In this document: positions 30,538-39,110 of the stretch, in pieces | Numbering within the stretch: position 1 is the stretch's first letter | Layout of the letters: each line of letters starts with the position of its first letter | IMG/VR virus record: IMGVR_UViG_3300050821_003860 | Span: 4,023 to 68,022 of that record | DNA length: 64,000 bases | Source of the DNA: a virus | Reading direction: 5' to 3' (one strand) | Program-made: the position numbers and the translations under genes | The notes under the pieces: generated by a model | What the model was told of the DNA's origin: nothing | The model's database searches: none | The model's input: only the letters and a program-made list of their open reading frames with translations

Positions 30538-33270
30538 ATGAACAAGCAATTAACCGTCGCAATGGCCGCATACGGACCCAGCGAAAGCAATAACGTCTGG
30601 TTTACGTGCGAGGCGCTTCGCACCTACCACGGATACGACTTTGACCTCGTGGTAGTGAACTCCGGGCCGGAAGACTGCCGGCATATGCGGGCGGTGACGG
30701 AGGCGTGTCGGGGCAAATATGTCTGGCGCCCGGACCTTACGGGGACCAGTGCTCCGCGCGATCACGTCTTTGAGTTGGCGCAGACAGAATGGGTGATGTG
30801 CATTGACTCGCACATCTTCCTGGTGCCGGACGCGGTTCGTCACTTCCACGGATTTATCGCCCAGTCTCCCAACTGCACCGATATCGTTTCCGGACCGCTC
30901 TTCCAAGACAACGGCGAGATTCAGGGCTACAAATGGGGCGGCGATGAGACGTGCGGCCTGTGGGGAATATGGGTCCATCCAGAATGGGAGGAAAAAAAGC
31001 GGGCTGCGATGCCCTTTGAAATCCCCATGATGGGCCTTGGTCTCTTTGCCATGCGCAAGGAAGCGTGGCCGGGCTTCAACCCACTCTTTCGGGGTTTCGG
31101 AGGGGAAGAAGGGTACATCCATGAAAAGGTACGTCAGCAAGGCGGTAAGGCTATTTGTCTCCCCTGGCTTGGATGGAGACATAAGTTCCGGGACACGAAA
31201 GAGGCGGGCAAGGGAGACCCGACGCCGTACCCGTGCTTGATTCAGGATCACACGTTTAACCTATTGGTCGGGCATCGGGAGTTGGGCATCGATGCGGTGG
31301 CGAAGATTCACCGTCACTTCGGGGACCGCATGCACCCGCTCATGTGGGCGGAACTGGTCAAGGAATCGGAACGGGTCCAGCCCTTCGGAGAGTGGGCCAG
31401 GACACAGACGCCTCTCGACAAGCATTACCGCAAGGAACTGAAGCGGGCGAGCACGATCAACCAGCACATGCCGACGCTCAAGAAGCTGGCCTGTGAGGCG
31501 AGCGAGGTAGTCGAGTTCGGCGTACAGACGGCGCAGAGCACGGCAGCCCTACTCGCCGGTCGACCGGAGCGGATGCGGTCCTTCGACATCCAGTACAGTC
31601 AGGCGGGGGTGGAAGTGCTCAAGATGGCAGCGCCGGAGACGCTATCCGCCTCGTTCACTCAAACGGACACGCTGTCGCTTGCCCCACAAGCGAGCGACTT
31701 GCTTTTCATTGATACGTTGCACACCTGCGAACAGCTCTATCAAGAGCTTTACTTCCACAGCACGCACTGCCGGCGTCGGATCGTCATGCACGATACCGCC
31801 ATCTTCGGGGATGTCGGGGAGGACAAGGGCCCCGGACTCCGTGAGGCGATCCGGAGATTCCTGAAAGAAGCGGGGAACTACGGCTGGCACGTCATGTCGG
31901 ACACGGAAGTCTCCTGCGGCCTGACGGTGCTCTCCAGCGATCCGAAAGACCCCTGGCAATATCCGGACTGGTTAGGCGACCTCATTCCGAAGCTGAACAT
32001 TCTCGGCATCTGGTACACGAACAACAAAGCGCCCGCGAGTTTGATGAAGAGGTCGCTCCAGTCCATCGAAAAGGCGGGCAAGTCGTCGCGGCACAACGTC
32101 AATCTCACCGTCTCCTGCTGGGACACGGTAGAAGGACTGCCTCCTGGAACACCCTACGCTTTCGCAGAGGACCGCAACGGGAATCACGTCACCATCACCC
32201 GGCAGATGAAGCAGTGTCTAGACCTCGCGGAAGGCTGGCCGTGGGAGATAGTTTGTTTCTTGGAACACGATACCCTCTATCCCCCCGATTACTTTGACCG
32301 GGTGGGGAGAGCGTTCCTTGAAAACCCCTCTGCGCCCGTGGTCAGCAACATGGACTACGAAGGGCTCAACGCAACCGGGTGGTTAGCCGTGCGCGAACGC
32401 CATGAGCCGATGCACCAGCTTTCTTTGCGGAGAGACGTGGCGATCGAGAACCTTGCTCGGTGCGAGCGAGACTTCCTCGCGGCCGTGCCGGGGACTCTAC
32501 TGGAGCCCCAGAGCGGACCGGACGGGGACCGATCGAACTGGGCACGGATTCCGTACACCGGGGCCATGCCGTCCATCCATGTGAATTTCCACGGACGCTT
32601 CACCTCGCATGGGGAGGTGGTGTACGAGCAAGATTCACACGGAAAGGTGATGCACCGCTTTTGGGGGTATGCCGGGGACTACTGGCCGGGAGACTTGGAC
32701 GGCAAGGTTCCCCCGCTGGTCGGGCCGAAAAACGGCTGGGGAGTGCCGGCCCTCTTGGACCTCTATGGAAGGGTCTTTGCCGAGCACGCGGACAACGGCT
32801 GGCAAGATGCGATGATGCGGCTCCGCAGGATTTCAGCGGGACAAAATCACGTCACGTTGATTTCCGGGGGACCGACTCCGGCGTTCATTGCCCTGGCAAC
32901 GGGACGGCCGAAACAGCTTTTGCACGTCTGCCCCGGGGGAGACCCGAGCTGGAATGCGTTCCTGTCCAAACACGTGTCAATGGGTCAGAACACGACCCTA
33001 AAGACCAATCCGAGCCTGGACCCGTTCTGGCTGGAAGACACGGACGTCACGCCTACCGATGTGATGGTGTTCTCGGATACCCCGGAGGCGGATCGGTTGC
33101 AGGCCCTTCTGGTGCGTCATGCGGCGAAGTCCCGACAGAAGGTAGTGATTTGCCTCACCCCGGAGATGAAGGAACAGGAAGGGGCGGAAGCGTGGTTACA
33201 GTCGATGCCGGAGTGGGGACGGAAGGACGCCCCGCACGGGATCCTAGTCTTTCAGAGGGTAGGAAACTGA
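30538..33270 (+). CDS. Multidomain protein: GT2-like glycosyltransferase + class I methyltransferase + second GT-A-like domain + degenerate methyltransferase-like tail
   Basis: WVMCIDSH and FRGFGGEEGYIHEK; VVEFGV, DLLFIDTLH, IVMHDT; VCFLEHDTLYPPDYF. Confidence 0.85.
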   Translation: MNKQLTVAMAAYGPSESNNVWFTCEALRTYHGYDFDLVVVNSGPEDCRHMRAVTEACRGKYVWRPDLTGTSAPRDHVFELAQTEWVMCIDSHIFLVPDAVRHFHGFIAQSPNCTDIVSGPLFQDNGEIQGYKWGGDETCGLWGIWVHPEWEEKKRAAMPFEIPMMGLGLFAMRKEAWPGFNPLFRGFGGEEGYIHEKVRQQGGKAICLPWLGWRHKFRDTKEAGKGDPTPYPCLIQDHTFNLLVGHRELGIDAVAKIHRHFGDRMHPLMWAELVKESERVQPFGEWARTQTPLDKHYRKELKRASTINQHMPTLKKLACEASEVVEFGVQTAQSTAALLAGRPERMRSFDIQYSQAGVEVLKMAAPETLSASFTQTDTLSLAPQASDLLFIDTLHTCEQLYQELYFHSTHCRRRIVMHDTAIFGDVGEDKGPGLREAIRRFLKEAGNYGWHVMSDTEVSCGLTVLSSDPKDPWQYPDWLGDLIPKLNILGIWYTNNKAPASLMKRSLQSIEKAGKSSRHNVNLTVSCWDTVEGLPPGTPYAFAEDRNGNHVTITRQMKQCLDLAEGWPWEIVCFLEHDTLYPPDYFDRVGRAFLENPSAPVVSNMDYEGLNATGWLAVRERHEPMHQLSLRRDVAIENLARCERDFLAAVPGTLLEPQSGPDGDRSNWARIPYTGAMPSIHVNFHGRFTSHGEVVYEQDSHGKVMHRFWGYAGDYWPGDLDGKVPPLVGPKNGWGVPALLDLYGRVFAEHADNGWQDAMMRLRRISAGQNHVTLISGGPTPAFIALATGRPKQLLHVCPGGDPSWNAFLSKHVSMGQNTTLKTNPSLDPFWLEDTDVTPTDVMVFSDTPEADRLQALLVRHAAKSRQKVVICLTPEMKEQEGAEAWLQSMPEWGRKDAPHGILVFQRVGN

Positions 33271-33512
33271 ATGGATATTCCCCGAGTCGATTTTGACTGG
33301 GAGAACTACAGTGGCGAAATGGTTTTCCATTTGCTCGTCACACCCAAAGACCTCTTGCAATTGAAGCGAGAACTGCAAGAGCGCGGCTCGCCCGACATTT
33401 TCATTCCCAACTACAAAAGTGGAGGCGTGCTTGCCTTGCAGTTCAAGGCATTGCGGGTGATCGGTGCGGAAGAAGGATTTTTCAGAGTTGATTCGGTTTA
33501 CGAGGATAAGGC

Positions 33513-34253
33513 ATGCGCGTCTTAGAGAGCGGTGAAACTCCCTTCCGCTGGTGGCGACTGGCGGATGTCGTTGGTGGCGACGATATCATACGTGCCGCTG
33601 TTGCAAATGTTCCTCCCGAGACGTGGCCTTGCTGGGTGAGATATTCCAATGACATCGAACGGGGGAAACGCACGACCCGTGAACTCGGAAGTCAGCACTA
33701 TGTCCTCAGAAACGTGGCTGATAGGGTTAATTCTTCGTGGCAAGCTTTTGAGTTCGGCCGATTGATAGGCGATCCGACAGCGATTGTTCCTGATCCAGAC
33801 TATCACGGCGCCGGGTTACACATCACCGATCCCGGCGGCTGGCTTCAGGCGCATGTGGACTACGAACTTCATCCCCGGCTCAATGGCTGGGAGCGGCGTC
33901 TAAACCTCATTCTCTGGCTCAATGAGACGTGGAAACCGGAATGGGGTGGGGCACTAATCCTCTGCGATGGTATGGGGGAGCGGAAGCAGACTTTCTACCC
34001 GATTCCCGGCGAGGCTATCTTGTTTGAGGGTGGCCCTGACTCCTACCACGGGGCCATGCAAACGTCACAGGATGCCCCGCCACGGGTCACGCTGGCCGCG
34101 TACTACCTTGCCCCGGCTAGACCGTCCGCGACCCGCCGCAGGGCGTGTTTTTTCCCAAACAGGGATGCTCCAAATTGCCCCCGTGAGGTGCGGATACCTG
34201 TAGGTGTACCGGGGGTGTACACCGGGGCCGTTTCAACTCAGGCGGCGCTTTAG
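33513..34253 (+). CDS. 2OG-Fe(II) oxygenase (prolyl-hydroxylase-like)
   Basis: GAGLH...LQAHVD...RRLNLILWLN..WKPEWGGAL...SYHG...RVTLAAYY. Confidence 0.88.
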   Translation: MRVLESGETPFRWWRLADVVGGDDIIRAAVANVPPETWPCWVRYSNDIERGKRTTRELGSQHYVLRNVADRVNSSWQAFEFGRLIGDPTAIVPDPDYHGAGLHITDPGGWLQAHVDYELHPRLNGWERRLNLILWLNETWKPEWGGALILCDGMGERKQTFYPIPGEAILFEGGPDSYHGAMQTSQDAPPRVTLAAYYLAPARPSATRRRACFFPNRDAPNCPREVRIPVGVPGVYTGAVSTQAAL

Positions 34254-34398
34254 TTCTAGCGTTTTGGTGTCCTTTAATAGTAGGATGATTGCACAACTGG
34301 ATGGTTAAGCGTGCAAGCCGTCCTACAGTGGCACGGGGTATGCGTGATAGTAGAGGGCGCCCTTCCTCTACTCCGGAGACGACGATGGGGCTTCAAGA

Positions 34399-34653
34399 GT
34401 GGATCCACTACGCAACGATCTTTGGGCTTATCGCGCCATTCTTTGCTGCGCTATACTACTTGCGCTGGCGCCAGTCGTGGCGGCGTTCGTCCACGTCACC
34501 TGCCCCAACGAGGTCAACACCGTCTCCAATCTCGCCACCGGAGCCCTCCTTGCCCTTATCACGCCCCGCGCGGGAAACGGAAAAGGCTCAGGAAACGGTA
34601 ACGGCAACGGATCAGGTAATGGACCACTTCCTGCGCCGGCAACCAGAACATGA
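34399..34653 (+). CDS. Small two-TM membrane protein with GNG tail (holin-like candidate)
   Basis: Two hydrophobic segments; choice of frame here is uncertain. Confidence 0.4.
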   Translation: MDPLRNDLWAYRAILCCAILLALAPVVAAFVHVTCPNEVNTVSNLATGALLALITPRAGNGKGSGNGNGNGSGNGPLPAPATRT

Positions 34654-35007
34654 CTGCCCGTACATGGACGCGAACCAACATTGCACCTGGCCGGACCACA
34701 AGCGGCGGGTTGAGGCACGGCGGGAGCGGATGAGTCTGCCGACTGTCTGAGAAATGGCAAAGCCAGTGAAAGTAAGCGGGAGAATCGCCGTGACGGATTC
34801 GGAGGCGCATACCATCGTCCAGGGGGCGGCTCGCATACTGATCGAGGCTGTGCTTCGAGTGATTGAAGACGACCCGCATCAGTGGAGCAACCGGCTGTGC
34901 GCCTCGTGTCGCGCCGTGAGTTCCGTGGTGGGCAGGCCCTTCGGGTGCGAGGCGAAGCATCAGGCGGGCAGGGGAAGGAAGAACGGCCACTAGCGGGAGG
35001 CGAATTA

Positions 35008-35250
35008 GTGGAATGGCTCCCGGTCATACAGACTGTCGGTATACCCTGTGCCATTCTGGCCGTACTGATTTACGGCGTCTGGCAGGGATCAAAAGCTATC
35101 ATGCGCGACGTTATCAAGGTTCTGGTCGCGGAATATGTCTTGACCCTGAAGGAACTCCGGGAAGCCTACAAGTCGCTGGCAAAGGATTCCTCTGAGATTG
35201 CCAAGGCATATATCGACATCTCCAAGCGCATTGGAGGGCCCAGTGCCTGA
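35008..35250 (+). CDS. Holin-like single-TM plus coiled-coil protein
   Basis: GGAGG RBS; IQTVGIPCAILAVLIYGVW followed by an amphipathic helix. Confidence 0.55.
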   Translation: MEWLPVIQTVGIPCAILAVLIYGVWQGSKAIMRDVIKVLVAEYVLTLKELREAYKSLAKDSSEIAKAYIDISKRIGGPSA

Positions 35251-35797
35251 AATCGGGTCGATTCTGCAAGCGACGACGCTTCTGATACTTGCGATCATCG
35301 GGATCGTCGCGTGGCGTTTATCGGTTGCTTGGCGTCAGGCCGTAAAGCCGATTGCTCGTGGCGTACCCCGTGATGTAGCTGATTCCGATGAAGCCCGCGT
35401 GATGATCAATCCGGACGGTGTTATCCTAGATGTCTCTCCTCCTGTCCTGCCAATGTTCGGCTACACACGGGAGGAATTGATCGGCCAGAATGTCAAGGTA
35501 CTCATGCCGTCACCCTACCGAGACGAGCACGATGGCTACCTTGCTCATTACCGGGACACTGGGGAGCGGAAGATCATCGGCATCGGGCGAGACGTTCAGG
35601 GCCGACACCGTTCCGGGCAGCAATTTCCGGCACGGCTGACGGTGAGCGAGGTCAAGCGGGCCGATGGGTCGGTGAGTCACTTCCTGGGTGCTCTAGAGGA
35701 AACGACGCGCCGGGAATGGGCAAAGGAGAAGGCGCGGGCCGATGCTGCCTATGGTGGCATTGCGGAATCTCATCCTAAGACTGGCGGTGTACCGTGA
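35243..35797 (+). CDS. Membrane-anchored stand-alone PAS domain protein, FixL heme-PAS-like
   Basis: MFGYTREELIGQNVKVLMPSPYRDEHDGYL.HYRDTGERKIIGIGRDVQGR; N-terminal TM; no kinase domain. Confidence 0.85.
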   Translation: MPEIGSILQATTLLILAIIGIVAWRLSVAWRQAVKPIARGVPRDVADSDEARVMINPDGVILDVSPPVLPMFGYTREELIGQNVKVLMPSPYRDEHDGYLAHYRDTGERKIIGIGRDVQGRHRSGQQFPARLTVSEVKRADGSVSHFLGALEETTRREWAKEKARADAAYGGIAESHPKTGGVP

Positions 35798-35915
35798 CGC
35801 TAACGGACTTCTTCTGGCTCAATGTCGGTGCCACTCTAATGTGGCTTGCGATGTCCCTACCACACTTAATCCGAGAACACTCCATCCCGCTGTGGGTGCG
35901 AAAGGCGGTGCGAAG

Positions 35916-36092
35916 ATGGGAATAGTCATTTTGGTCTGTTTTGTGATGGTCATGTTTCTGTGGCTGCTCTCGCTGTTGGGAGCCGTGCCCAACGCGCCGA
36001 ACTACTCACCGTGGCTGGCTTGGTTTGCCTGTCTCTTTCTTGGTCTCATCGTCTTCATCGGAGTGGGTGGCTGGTCCCACTTTGCGCCATGA
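35916..36092 (+). CDS. Small two-TM membrane protein
   Basis: Strongly hydrophobic 58 aa. Confidence 0.55.
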   Translation: MGIVILVCFVMVMFLWLLSLLGAVPNAPNYSPWLAWFACLFLGLIVFIGVGGWSHFAP

Positions 36093-36565
36093 GCCAACGA
36101 CTCCACGAGCACGAGTGGGAAGGCGGCAAGTGCTCTCTTTGCGGCATGCCCGATCCGCGTTGGACCGCCGGGCCACGAATTTTCAGATACGAAGTCGATC
36201 GCTTCGACAATGCGATGACCCTGATTTTTCTAGCGATAGGACCGATAGCTTTCGTGGCTGCAATCGTGCTACTCATCATCAAGGCCATCTCGCCATGACT
36301 CCCGAACGCGACCTCTTAGACATCCTGCGCGACAAGGCCGAAGTGACAGGCCGGATGTACCGTCGTGCCGCATCGGAGCCACAAGGCGTTGAGTCTCAAG
36401 ACACCATTGATAAGCTACGTCTCTCGTGGCTGGAATGCGAGGAAGCCGTGGCGCGGGAGATACTGAGGAAGTCCCCTTCACCCGGCGGTGCGTCCTAGGC
36501 TCATCCTCGTGGGAAGGGTCTTTTCGACACGGACGACCGCCGGGCTTTAATCAATCGGAGAGTAT

Positions 36566-37045
36566 ATGTCCGCTCAGAATGGCCAGTCTCTTGAAGTGCG
36601 TGCGACCAACTACGAGACCATGCGGCACATCGAACAGGTTCGCCGCTTTCTAACCCTGTTCGTGACCGAATTGCTTGACCGCGCCATGCTGCACGATCAG
36701 TCGAAGATGGCGACTCCAGAAGCCGAGATGTTCGCGGAGTTCACATCAAAGCTGGCCGCGTCCACCTACGGCAGCCCGGAGTACGAAGGCTTTCGGGCTG
36801 CGATGGGTCCGGCCCTGGCTCACCACTATGCCAAGAACCGACATCACCCGGAGCATTTTGCGAACGGCGTGGACGACATGAACTTACTTGACCTCGTGGA
36901 GATGTTCTGCGACTGGAAGGCAGCGACGTTACGGCACAACGACGGAAATATCCGGAAGTCCATCGAGACGAATGCCAAGCGGTTCGGCCTGTCGCCGCAA
37001 TTGGTGCGGATTCTGGAGAATACGGCCGATTTCGTTGACGGTTAG
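36566..37045 (+). CDS. HD-like phage protein (DUF5662-type)
   Basis: HDQSK, HHYAKNRHHPEHF, DLVEMFCDW. Confidence 0.8.
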   Translation: MSAQNGQSLEVRATNYETMRHIEQVRRFLTLFVTELLDRAMLHDQSKMATPEAEMFAEFTSKLAASTYGSPEYEGFRAAMGPALAHHYAKNRHHPEHFANGVDDMNLLDLVEMFCDWKAATLRHNDGNIRKSIETNAKRFGLSPQLVRILENTADFVDG

Positions 37046-37592
37046 CGTTCACTGTTGACCCCTCACCACCTGATAGGAGAAAAGCATGTTGACCGCGAAA
37101 CATCTGTCCGCCAATGGCCTTGACCCAAGTGCGGCGGCGGCCGTGGCCAGTGCTACATCCGGGTTTACTTGGATTCAGTGGGTTCAATTGGGACTGGCCA
37201 TTCTCCAGCAGATCGGCGGCGTCATCGGGAAGCTTCCCACGGGTACGACTCCCACCGGACCGTGAAATCCCTTGCTTCCCCTCCCGGCGAGAGTTAGACT
37301 TTGTGCGTCCTGCAATGCTTAGGGAGCGTGTGCAGGATGGTACTGTCGAGTCCGGGGGCGGTGTCAGTTCCTGGAGGATTGGCGCCGCCCTTTTACACTG
37401 ATAACCCACACCCTAACGATAGGATGTAGTGCCGGCTCGGCTTGCGGGGAGTTTGGGTTAAGCGTCTGCAGCGCTCCCGATAACGAACCAAGAGCGGATG
37501 ACCCGGAAACGTCCAAAAGTCTAGCGGCCGGCTCCCTCAATCGCGGGGGAGCCGGCTTAGCGGACTGAAACCTTTCACCTCTGAGGTAATCC
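37046..37592 (+). ncRNA. Candidate structured non-coding RNA
   Basis: About 550 bp with no credible gene; several stems closed with G:U pairs on the + strand. Confidence 0.5.
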
Positions 37593-38972
37593 ATGAAAGA
37601 TAAGCGTTGGCTCGGTCCATCGGTTCTGTTCGCCGCAACCATGATCGGCCTTGGCTTCGTCTACGGCTTTCAGCCTGCCGCCCCTCCCATTCGCGCCGAC
37701 AAGCCCGCAAGCAAGATCCACACGCACTACCGCCGACCGGGCATCCGCGCCCATGTCACGGGCACCTCGTACACGCCTCCGGGGGTGGCGGCGAAGTACA
37801 ACTTTCCGAATGGCGTTACGGGACACGGTGCTCTGGTCGGCATCATCGAATTAGGGGGAGCGTACAACCCTAGCGACATCACAACGTACATGGCTGGGCT
37901 TGGAATTAGTCCGACTGGCGTCTTGCAAGTCATTACTGTTCAGGGCGCAAGACCACCGACTAGCGACGGGCCGACCGGTGCCGATGGCGAAGTGATGTTG
38001 GATGCAGAAGTGATCTACTCGATCGCTCCTGGCGCCAACATCAACATGTACTTCGCAGACAATACCGCTGCCAGCTTCCTCGCGGGATGTCAGCAGGCAC
38101 GGCAAGACGGTTGCAAGATAATCTCGATTTCCTGGGGAGGTCCGGAGGCAGGCTACTCTGCGGCGGAACTACAGGCGTTCAATACCGAGTTTGAGACAGG
38201 AGCGAACAGTGGTGTCAATTACTTCGTTGCGGCTGGGGATAACGGCTCCAACGATGGTACGACAGGTCTCGCAGTCGATTTTCCTGGTAGCTCGCCGTGG
38301 GTCATCTGCTGCGGTGGAACATCCCTCCCGGCGAGTGGGGCCGAAACGGTCTGGAACAACGGACCAAGCAACGGAGCTACGGGTGGCGGTATCTCAGCCC
38401 ACTTCCCTAAGCCCGCCTGGCAGACCGTCCAGCCCTTCGGAGTAACGAGCACTGTCGCCAACCGCATGTCGCCGGATATTGCTGGCAACGCGGACCCGGA
38501 CACCGGGTATCAAACGCTGGTGGATGGCACGTCGGGGACCATCGGCGGGACATCCGCTGTCGCACCGCTGTACGCTGCGATGACGGCCCTCTATTGGGAG
38601 AAGCTCGGCAAGGCACCGGGTTTTCTCGGACCGCAACTCTACGGTGTGGTGAGTCCGTACCAGAAGGCTTTCATCGACATCGTTCAGGGGAACAACGGCA
38701 ACTACAAGGCAGGGACAGGCTTCGACTGCGCGACCGGTATCGGGCGACCGGACGGCGCGAACTTGCTCACGGCTCTTGGCGGTCCTAGCGGTGGAGGAGG
38801 GGGCGGCGGGCCCACGGCAACACCAGCGTTTACCCTGAACTTCCCGACCGCAGTACCGGCCGGCGCGACGTTCCGGATTCGCACGTCAAAGGCAATCGCC
38901 AAAGGTTTTTACAACGCCTTCCCGGTGACGGCACCAGCGGTGGAAGTTGAAGTGGAAGCCGTGGCGAAGTAA
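37593..38972 (+). CDS. Secreted S53 (sedolisin/kumamolisin) serine protease
   Basis: Signal peptide; GIIELGG, DGEVMLD (Glu/Asp), ISISWG, AAGDNG, GGTSAVAP (Ser), Ca site DIVQGNN...GFDCATGIG. Confidence 0.92.
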   Translation: MKDKRWLGPSVLFAATMIGLGFVYGFQPAAPPIRADKPASKIHTHYRRPGIRAHVTGTSYTPPGVAAKYNFPNGVTGHGALVGIIELGGAYNPSDITTYMAGLGISPTGVLQVITVQGARPPTSDGPTGADGEVMLDAEVIYSIAPGANINMYFADNTAASFLAGCQQARQDGCKIISISWGGPEAGYSAAELQAFNTEFETGANSGVNYFVAAGDNGSNDGTTGLAVDFPGSSPWVICCGGTSLPASGAETVWNNGPSNGATGGGISAHFPKPAWQTVQPFGVTSTVANRMSPDIAGNADPDTGYQTLVDGTSGTIGGTSAVAPLYAAMTALYWEKLGKAPGFLGPQLYGVVSPYQKAFIDIVQGNNGNYKAGTGFDCATGIGRPDGANLLTALGGPSGGGGGGGPTATPAFTLNFPTAVPAGATFRIRTSKAIAKGFYNAFPVTAPAVEVEVEAVAK

Positions 38973-38997
38973 TAACGGACCTCGCTTGTCGCCTGGA

Positions 38998-39089
38998 GTG
39001 CAATTTTGCACTTGAACGGACACGGTAGGTAGCTTATTCGCGCAGGTGTGAGGGGGTTCACACCCGCAGGTGTACCGGGGCGGTACACC
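38998..39089 (+). promoter_or_regulatory. Composite element: GTGCAATTTTGCAC (38998-39011), putative -10 TAGCTT, two GGTGT palindromes (39045-39064, 39069-39089)
   Basis: Read directly; immediately upstream of the CxxCH gene. Confidence 0.75.
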
Positions 39090-39110
39090 GGAGACTCCTG
39101 AGGGCACCGA

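Noticed and set aside
25450-34253. GTs and 2OG oxygenase as a DNA hypermodification (TET/JBP plus glucosyltransferase) pathway
   Set aside because: The oxygenase looks prolyl-hydroxylase-like rather than TET/JBP-like, and the genes lie among virion genes, far from the C5 methyltransferase; disfavoured but not excluded.
37235-37262. tRNA/tmRNA-like T-arm (GGGTACGACTCCC)
   Set aside because: No TTC, no acceptor stem or CCA, and no cloverleaf could be built.
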